DNA of 64,000 nucleotides, taken from Camelus dromedarius (taxonomy: Eukaryota). Below the pieces are notes generated by a model, which was not told the DNA's origin, did not search any database, and saw nothing but the letters and a program-made list of their open reading frames with translations. The number at the start of each line of letters is the position of its first letter. Within the stretch, counting starts at the first letter, position 1. This document shows positions 54,726-64,000 of this stretch, in pieces. The DNA is taken from the NCBI RefSeq assembly GCF_036321535.1, contig NC_087436.1, positions 40,674,001 through 40,738,000 of the forward strand, in the 5' to 3' direction. The position numbers and the translations under genes are program-made.

Positions 54726-57542
54726 CCATGTGAAAACTAGGAGTGGGGAGAACATGTTTCTAATACAAAGCGATTAGAAAAAGATTACAAAGGGCAATAA
54801 CAGTTGACATTTTCGTTGTAGATTCAAATAAGAATATATGTTAAGGAAATTTTTTTTAAAAGTTGTGTTTTTAAAAAAAGACATCTGGGGGAAAAGAAAA
54901 AAAACATCAACCTCTCCTTAGTCTAGTTCTCCATTATTTTACATTTTTATACCTATTATAATTAAATTATTTTTGTTTTTTTTCAGCGAAAACATAAACA
55001 TAGGTGCATTCCAAATGAAATGTTCTGGTTTCAATTATTTAATCCTATTTGTTCTTTCTAATTCTCATCTCCTTATCATTAGTGTGTTCATCTGTACTTT
55101 CATCCATTTGTTCATGCTCTGAAAATTCAGTGCCCCACTGTGCTTAAGTTTGCATTTGCCAAGTGCTGTGGATAAAGAGATTAAAATGCGGCCTGTTGTA
55201 AAAAAATACACTGTTAAATAAAGTCAATCCAACTTTTGATATAGACCATTTCAAAAATAAAGAAGATGGACTTTATAATACAGCTGAACAGGACCAAGAG
55301 GCATGCCGGCTTTATAATTCCCAGCCAGGAACACTAAACAGCTCTCTGTGAGCCACCATAATTAAACCCAGATCCTCCAATTAAATCAGATACCACATCT
55401 GTGTTATCCAATTTAGTCCTTGCTCAGCGAAAAGAAAAACTTTTTCTGAACACATTTTACAAATCACTTATATATTGCAGATTTGACCCACTGACTAATT
55501 GATGGACTGGCTTGTTTTGCTTCTTTATGAGCCGGTCCAGATGCAGTGCACACCAACAGGATGCAAAGCTGCTTAGTAGTGATCTGCCTGAGGGGTATGA
55601 TCACCCTCCATGTTGCACCAATGAGTAATATAAAATATTGTACTAATTAAGCATGTCCTCCTTAAATGTTGAGAAATAAACTAATATGAGTGTTGATAAA
55701 ATAATTTTTATTCAACAGGGAACTAAAAATTCTTATTCATATTTTATCTCAATACTGAATTATGATTCTCTAGGTCACCTAATGCCAGGCTTACGTCGCT
55801 CAAAAGATCATATAAAAATAACTGTTTTCTATTTTTCAGGAGACTCTTTGGCTAACTTTGGTCTAAGCTGGGTGTGTGATGAGCATATTATTGAAGAAGA
55901 AAGGACAGAAAACCTATTATCAACTAGAAATGAAATGGGAAATGGTCCAATGGCAAATTACTTTCTAAGCTGCAGTATTTTCTGTTCTGCTGTATTCATT
56001 TGTTAAAGCTTTACTGAAAAGCAATGATTTTCTCTTTTTACTTTTACTACTTAGGATTTCCATGTTAATTTTCACCACACCTCCCTTTTTTAATTTTAAT
56101 ATTTGAGGAACTATGAGGATTTTGAGCCTCCACTGACCTGGTGACCATGTTCTATATTCTCATCTCACTTATCATTTCAAAGTTCTGCCTTTTATAACCT
56201 GCAATATCACAGAATCATATAGCTTTAAAAAAGAAATCAATCTTTAAAAATTAAATTTCATTCCTTGATCTATAGAACGTAATGTGTTAACTCTATACAG
56301 CTGCTCCAAAAAAGGGTAGCCAGTCAACACTTTATTTTCTAAATTTTCTTCTATACTTGATGTGTATTTGAAAAATCAATTTTCACTTTATTAGGTGTCC
56401 ATTGGGTAAATTTATGCAAAATAAATATATTTCCATCTTCAAATGTTAATGAAGTATTAGGGTTAAAGATCAAATTATCTTTCCTACAAAATAGTCAATT
56501 TAAAATTTGACCTATTTGTGAAATAAATTTTTTGAAAAGTCAGCACTTTAATCACAGTTATATATGTTTCTATAACATTATAGATGTAAGAAAATAAGAT
56601 TAGGGATCACTCAAACCTATGCCAATGTGTAACCATGGCACAAACACAATCTAAATTCACATACAAATATAGTAAAATTCCTAAGAAATATTCCAGGCAA
56701 ACTTTGCACTGAGCTGCACCCCAGAGGTGGTCTTTCTTTTGTCCTCTACACTTAGAAGTTCCAGAAGCAGAAGAAAAGTATCTCTGCTAGCTCAAAAGAT
56801 GGACTGTCCCCAAATATAAATTCCTGGCCCTCAAATATTCTACTCTTCCGGTAAGTTTGATTCCAAACTTTTAATTCTTTGTCCATTAAGTTCAAGGCTG
56901 TTCACCAGCCATACAATTTACTGCAATGGGCCAAGTATCTGAGCCAACTTCTTCATAGCCTGAGTTCGATTGGTATTTATTTATGACCCTTCTCCAGTGT
57001 AGACTTCATGTAAAGAATTTCCACTGCCAACTCTCTCAGTCTTAGTGTTGGTGTCATTAAGGCAGCACTAAAACTGAATTTATATATCTTGAGGAAAAAA
57101 GGTTAATCTCTCTTGTACCACTCAAAAAGGCAGAAACAAGTCCCACTTAGCAATGAAAGGGTCCCTTCACGGTGACATTGTCTGGCGAGATGCTTCTCTG
57201 CCTCTAACAACCTTTCTTACGGTCCCACTGTGCAGTGGAGCTCCTGACAGCCTAATTATCAAAGGTATCAGACTCACAATGCCTAACAAAGGGACAAATT
57301 CTCACGATTTTTTTTCCCCAACCTTGGGAAATTCCTGTCTCAAAGTCTCTTCAAATAGTAACATCAATTAACAGTAGCCACACACAAAAAAAAAATCTTG
57401 CAACTTTGAAATAGCAGTTTTTGTCTAAGTCATTATTTTATCAGCTATTTCTTGGGAGACATATCCTATTTTGGTGTGCCTACTTTGACTTCTCCAAAAT
57501 TAAGTGGGTTTGAGATACTATTTGTAGGCATTTCCAAACTGT

Positions 57543-60500
57543 TTTTTCAATTAGGACTATTTTTACATTGGTTTTAGGTTCACAGTAAAACTGAGAGGAG
57601 GCTACAGACATCTTCCCATACAGACCGGAGCCTCATACATACACAGCCTCCCTCATTATCAACATCCCCCACCACAGTGGTACATCTTTATGTCTCCTCA
57701 GTAAAGTTTTGCCCAAGGTCTTTGACCTACTTTTTATTTAGGTTGCCTGTTTTCTTATTGTTGAGTTTTAAAAGTTCTTTGTATATTTTAGGTAACAAAA
57801 ATCAAGTCCTACTGACTTTCTGCCTGCTGAGTATGTCCATTTTGGATAGAAAATGTTGAAATACCCAACTATGATAATGATTCATCTGTTTCTCCTTGCA
57901 TCTCTGTTAGTTTTTCCCTCACATAGTTTGACATTGTTAGGTGCATACATGTGAAGGATTATGTCTTCTTGGAGAAGTGGCCCATTTATCATTATATAAT
58001 GCCCTTCTTTAGTTGACATCTGTCTTTACTTGAAAGTTGGCTCTGTCTGAAATTAACATAGCTACTCCTGCATTTTATAATTTAGTCTTAGCATGGTCTA
58101 CTGATCCATTTAATTGTAAACTACATGCGTGTATATATGTGTGTATATATATACACGTATACACACACACACACAGATTTCTTGTAAACATATACTTGAG
58201 TCTTGTTTACTCACTCTGACAATCTTTATCTTAATTAGTACAGTTAGACCACTGATGTTTAAAGTCATTATTGGTAAAGCTAGGATACTATATCACATAT
58301 TCATTACTGTTGTCTGTCTTCGTTCCTTACTGTTGTATATCATTGTTCCTATTTTTTTCTTCTGCTCTTTTTGCCTTTGTGATTTTTAAAGGAATATTAT
58401 CTATAATCCCATTTTCCCTTTAAAAAATATATTGGATATATACATATGTATATTTTTACTCTTTAAGTGGTTGCCCTGGACTTTGTAAATACAAATTTAC
58501 AGCCAATCCTAGTCCACTTTCAAATAACATTATACTACTTCACAGGTAGTATGAGTACCTAAAAATAACAACAACAAAAACCCTAATTGCTTCCTCCCAT
58601 ATGTAGCACTGCTGTCATTCAACTCACTTATATATATTCATACCCAACTATATACATACACAAGATGTATACATAAACCTACATAATCAAGTTCATTGCT
58701 GCTATTATTTTGAATTTCTGTTAGATCAGTAAGAAAAACAAATTTTACCATCACATTCCTTCTTTGATGTTCTTCCTTTCTTACAGAGATCCAACTTTCT
58801 GACTTATTATTTCCCTTCTCTTTAAAGGGCTGTTTTTTGTTGTTGTTTTTTAACATTTCTTGCAAAGTAAGTCTATTGACAACAAATTCCCTCAATTTTT
58901 GTCTAAAAGTCCCCTTTCCCTCACTTTTGAAAGATGATTTCCAGGTACCTAATTCTGGGTTGGTGGTCTTTCTCTGACAACTTTAAAGAGTTCACTCTAC
59001 TCTCTTGCTTGTATGTTTTCCAAAGAGAAGTCAGATCGTAATTCTTATCTTTGTTCCCCTATTGGTATAGTATTATCCCCCCAACCCTGGCTTCTACCCC
59101 ACCCCAGGATTTTTTCTTTATTTTTGATTCTTTGTTAGAAGGTGATGTGGCTAGGTCTGGATTTGTTGGCATTTATACTGCTTGGTTATTTCTGATCCTT
59201 CTAGATCTATAGTTTGGTATCTGACATTAAAACAGGAAAATTCCAAGACAGCATGGTATTGGCATAAAAACAGACATCAATCAATAGAACAGAGTAGAGA
59301 GCCCAGAAATAAATCCACAGACCTATGATCAATTAATCTTTGGCAAAAGAGGCAAGAATACACAATGGAGAAAAGACAGTCTCTTCAGCAAGTGATATTT
59401 GGAAAACTGGATAGCAGCAAGTAAATCAATGAAGTTAGAACACTCCCTCGCCCCATACACAAAAATAAACTCTAAATGGCTTAAAGACTTAAACATAAGA
59501 CAAGACATGATAAATCTCCTAGAAGGAAACATAGGCAAAACTCTGACATAAATCTTAGCAATGTTCTCCTAGGGCAGTCTACCCAAGCAATAGAAATAAG
59601 AGCAAAAATAAACACATGAGATCTAATTAAACTTACAAGCTTTTGCACAGGAAAGGAAACCATAAGCAAAACAAAATGACAACTTTGGAATGGGAGAAAA
59701 TATTTGCAAATGATGTAACTGACAAAGGCTTAATTTCCAAGACATATAAATAGCTCATAAAACTTAACAAACAAACAAACAAAAAACCAAACAACCCAAT
59801 CCAAAAATGGGCAGAAGACCTAAACAAGCAATTCCTCAGTGAAGACATACAAATGGCCAACAGGTACATGAAAAAATGCTCAGTATCACTAATTATCAGA
59901 GAAATGTACATCAAAACTACAATGAGGTTTCTCACACCAGTCACAACAGCCATCATTCAAAAGTCCATGAACGATAAATGCTGGCGAGGGTGTGGAGAAA
60001 AGGGAACCCTTCTACAGTGCTGATGGGAATTTAGTTTAGCATAGCCATTATGCAAAACAGTATGGAGATTCCTCAAAAAACTAAGAACAGATCCACGATA
60101 TGATCCAGCAATCCCACTTCTGGGTATGTATCCAGAGGGAACTTAATTTGAAAAGATACACACACCCCAATGTTCATAGCAGCACTGTATACATTAGCCA
60201 AGAGATGGAAACAAACTAAATGTCCATCAACAGATGACTGGATAAAGAAGTTGTGGTTTATTTATACAATGGAATACTACTCAGCCATATAAAGAATAAA
60301 ACAATACCATCTGCAGCAACAGGGATGAACCTAGAGATCATCATTCTAAGTGAAGTAAGCCAGAAAGAGAAAGAAAAATTCAATATATCAATCATGTGTG
60401 GAATCTTAAAAAAAAAAAAAGACACTATGAACTCATCTGCAAAACAGAAACAGACTCACAGACGTAATGAACGATCTTATGGTTACCAGGGAAAGCAGGC

Positions 60501-61658
60501 AGGAAGGGATAAATTTGGAGTTTGAGATTTACAAATGTTAGCCACCATGTATAAAAACAGATTTAAAAAAAGTTTCTTCTGTATAGCCAGGGAACTATGT
60601 TCAATATCTTGTAATAGCCTTTTGTGAAAACAAACATGTATATGTATGAATGGGACACTGTGCTGCACACCAGAAATTGACACATTGTAATTGACTGTAC
60701 TTCAATAAAAAAAAAAAGAAAAAGGAAAATTCCCTGTCACTGTTTCACCTATTTTTTCTGTTTCTCTTTGCCTTGTGTTTTTCCATTATATGTATGTTAC
60801 AACTTTAGTAGTTGTCCCATAGTTCTTGGATATTCTGTTCTTTTCCTCAGGTTTGTTCTCTTTGCTTTTCAGCATAATAGGTCTTTATTGATATATCTTC
60901 AAATTCAAAGATTCTTTCATCATTTATGTCCAGGGAATTACTAAAACCAATGTAATTCTTCATTGTTGTTACAATGTTTTGCTTCTAGCAATTTTGTTTT
61001 TTTTCCTTCAGATTTTCATCTGCTTATACTGCCCTTCTGATCTTGCATGCTACCTACTTTATTCATTAGAGCCTTTTTGTCACAGAGCAAATTAATCATA
61101 GTGATTTTAAAAGACCAATATTATCATTGCAACATCCCTGCCATGTCTAATTCTGATGCTGCCTCAACCAAAAATAATTTTTTGAGGGGAAAGGTTTTTT
61201 TTGGTTTTTAGTATGACTTATAATTATTTCTTGATAGCCAGACATGATGTACTAAGTCCAAGGAACTGCTGCAGATATGCCTTTAGTAATGATGTGGTGA
61301 GGTGTCAGAGCAGGGGAAGCATACCATTGTCCTGTGATCAGTTGTCAGTCTGTTATTGAGTCTGTGCCCTGGTGTGAAAGCTTTACAAGTGCTTCTCATT
61401 TTTCCCCTCTTCCCTCGGATGGGATAGGGTAGCTAGAGTGGCTGGAGTTAAGGATATCCTTTCCCCAAGTTCCATTAGACTCTGATCAAACGCAGAACGT
61501 TAGGCTCGGGTTAGTTTCTCCTGTGGGCAGGTCTTGTTCAGGAAGAACAGAGTGTTCTGGTGTATTACAAAAGAGTTTCCTTTTTCCTTCCTCTGCTGGA
61601 AGAATGAGAGGATGTTTTCTATTATTTCCCAAGAACCTGGTGGAGATCCTAGAGGTAA
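57543..61658 (-). mobile_element. Ancient L1MC-type element spanning 3' end to 5'UTR with large internal deletions, interrupted by a young L1
   Basis: 3' end 'ttttaggttcacagtaaaactgag...cacagcctcccctcattatcaacatcccccaccacagtggtacat', then ORF2 pieces, ORF1-like 'MREFVVNRLTLQEMLK' (58638..58895) and 5'UTR-like sequence. Confidence 0.8.
59245..60722 (+). mobile_element. 5'-truncated lineage-specific L1 with TSD
   Basis: ORF2 3' end + 3'UTR + AATAAA/poly(A). TSD aggaaaattcc at 59234-59244 and 60723-60733. Confidence 0.95.
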
Positions 61659-61659
61659 C

Positions 61660-61926
61660 CAGTGTCAGGGTAGGAAAGCCTGATCCATAGCTGACAAAGT
61701 GCTAGTGGCTCAGTGTGGACAATTCAGTTAACTCCAAGGGTATCCCGTCACAGGGGAGCCTGCACAAGTTTATGACATTTACCTCCAGGTTCTCACAGTA
61801 AATATTAGATTAAAATCACTTCATGCTTCCAGCAGGGGGAGGGAAAAAGAAACCCTATTGAAATACAGGAGACCACCCTGTTCTCTTTAACAAGTCTGCA
61901 TTCAGGAGAATCTAACTAACTAGAAC
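61660..61926 (+). mobile_element. Old L1 5'UTR-like fragment in opposite orientation to the adjacent L1MC
   Basis: 61779-61926 aligns by eye to the reverse complement of 61499-61658. Confidence 0.65.
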
Positions 61927-63528
61927 AAAGCAAAGGTATTTAGGCTATGTTTTTATTATGACTTTTTTTCCTGAATGTATTGCCAGACGATTTTATCTAA
62001 AATATTATACGATGGTTTCTAAAGTTGTTTCTTAAAATTCAGTTCAGACAGGATCCACGTGCCAGCTACTCTGTGATAGAAACTGATGCACTAACTGTTA
62101 ACTTATTCAGAGAAACAGAGACATTGTTTCAGTAATTGAACTCAAGTACATTTAGTCTCATACCAAAGCGAGTAATGGTTTAGATGTGGATTGTTTCAGT
62201 GTCATACAGAGATTATGCAACTCCAGGTGAAAAATAGTGAAGGACTGAGTTGATCAGTTCAAACTTCAACATTCCTGTCAAATAGCTTGAGTTTTATACA
62301 CAATTCTATTTGTAGAAATCTGACCCTAAATATTTCAGGTTAAAAAAAATAGAAGCATTGGGTTTATAAAAATTAAGAAAGTGGGTTTAAGAGGGAGGAA
62401 AGATAAGGGAGTCTAATTTCTGAACTTCACTACAATTTCATACAAGTAAGAAATAGAGAAATATGAATGTTAACATTTTAAATATAGGAAAAGTGGTTGT
62501 CATTTAATTATAAAAGAATTTTAATAAATCTAAATCTTTTACGAAAATTGACAGGAGTTAAGTTTAAAGATAAAGTTTTATATTTCTCCCAAGTAAACTG
62601 ATTTTACATTTTCATGTTCTTTAGAAAACTTTTATCATAAGTAACAAAATTTAAAGTTAATTTTAAATTGCTTTTTTGTGCTTTCCTGGTTCACTGAAAT
62701 GACCTTTCTACCCAAAGAAATTTAATTACATATCCACCTGAATAACTTAATTAGAGCATAGAATTTTGGGTTACTCAGAGTATAATAGTGTCTAAAAGAG
62801 GATGTGCTCAGATCTAGAATAGCTGAAATAGTCATTGAAACCAGTGACCAAAAGAATTAAAGAAGAATCAACTCAGCTGAGCAGAGCTTCACTCAAGGAG
62901 GAAGGCTCTCTAATCTGAATGTATTTAGTCTTATACAGCAAAGCAATGTCTGGAAAGTTTTACCTACAATTTTTTTTTCAAATTTTGTGTTTTTTCCATT
63001 TTTAATATGGTTTGGTGAAAGAAGAGCCCAGTAGGCATGAAACAGGAAACAGTCCCAATTATTAATTATTATTTTTTTTTTACCGTATATTAGAAATGGG
63101 TGCATGTTTACATGAATTTGTAAGGAAACCATTAACTAGCTATGCATAAATCCATGTTAATAAGACGTTGTAAATGAAAAAGAATACTTATAATTAGCAC
63201 ATATGCTGTAGAAGGCAGCTTTTGCAACTACTATAAACTGCTGGTATAGTTCTGAAGTCATCCTAAAATCTAAAAAGCATGAAAAGTGCTATATATATAT
63301 ATAATGAGAGAATCCATCTGTTGCTAGGATTTCTTTTCATCTACCACTGATGGCATTTTCATTTGAACTTACTATGTTAAAATGGGTGATTAGACTTCAC
63401 TGTTATTTTCATGAGAACAGTTATTTAATAGAAAACCTTAAACTATATGAATTATGGTAATTCCTGTTTTTTGACTCCAAAAACACTTTCCTGGCTGACT
63501 TGAACTTTCACATACTTTCAAGTAGTCG

Positions 63529-64000
63529 TGTTAGGCAGTTAGATAGAAATGAGCACCGGGCAGGGGGAGAGGATGGGAACAGGAGCAATCCAGAAAATAA
63601 CAGCACACCTGCACGCAGGATAAGGGGCTCCAAAAACATTTACTTTCTCTAAATGAGGGCCAGCAAAGAAGCTGGCTAGGATCGAAACGATGCGGCTGCG
63701 GAATAGACAGAAGGACCTGGCTTAACCTGACTCAGTGCTCATTGTAATGTAATTAACATTACAGTTTGAGCCCCTCCCGTGGGTTTCTCTGCGTGCTCCA
63801 TGGGTAAGAACATACTCAACAGAGATGGGCGTGCCTGAGCACAAGGAACCTGAGCTGTCAATCAGCCTGAGCACTCGAAGAACCTGAGCCGTGAATCAAT
63901 CAATTACAAAAACGCCCCCAAAGCCAGGGTATAAAAACAGGAAAAACAAAGGAGCAGCGCCATTTTCCCTCTCCTGGGTTGGCCCGCTGCCAATTCTCAG
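63529..64000 (+). mobile_element. Younger ERV LTR (solo or 5'), runs off the window end
   Basis: Starts tgttaggcagttagatagaaatgagcacc (same family as 42713). Retains CpGs, U3 direct repeats 63833-63864/63865-63898 and TATAAAAA at 63930-63937. No PPT upstream. Confidence 0.9.

Noticed and set aside
56715..56735. CTCF-like ccccagaggtggtc
   Set aside because: Several mismatches at key positions of the core motif.
85..63132. ORF-track entries as genuine genes
   Set aside because: All are 124 aa or shorter. The recognisable ones are sense or antisense L1/ERV fragments, and the rest are low-complexity chance ORFs.
42713..64000. Two related LTRs in the same orientation as the ends of one 21-kb provirus
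   Set aside because: The left LTR follows a PPT (so it is a 3' LTR), the right one has no PPT, they differ by large indels, and the DNA between them is ordinary genomic sequence.
1..64000. CRISPR arrays, operons, tRNA/rRNA genes, or an intact domesticated env/gag gene
   Set aside because: No repeat-spacer arrays or structural RNA genes were seen, and the retroviral coding remnants are full of stops and deletions.

Overview
AT-rich mammalian genomic DNA with no recognisable host protein-coding exon, RNA gene, CRISPR array or prokaryotic system. Much of the window is interspersed repeat: several 5'-truncated lineage-specific LINE-1 copies (three with clear target-site duplications), older L1M elements, L2, MIR, MER3, MaLR LTRs and three class I ERV remnants. 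The ERV remnants are a heavily deleted pol/env/3'LTR piece, an LTR+PBS+gag piece, and a younger LTR at the right edge. The young L1 3' ends, and the lack of Alu, BovB/Bov-tA, PRE-1 or SINEC elements, suggest a camelid genome (inference from memory, not a search). The supplied ORFs are L1/ERV debris or chance ORFs. The most interesting points are retroelement mechanics (an ERV piece with no 5' LTR and almost uninterrupted flanks, a short L1 3' transduction, possible gene conversion between neighbouring L1s, an L1 5'/3' fusion) and a few CpG-rich or motif-dense non-repeat patches that may be regulatory. I found no convincing novel biological system. Repeat family names are from recognition by eye, and boundaries without TSDs are approximate.
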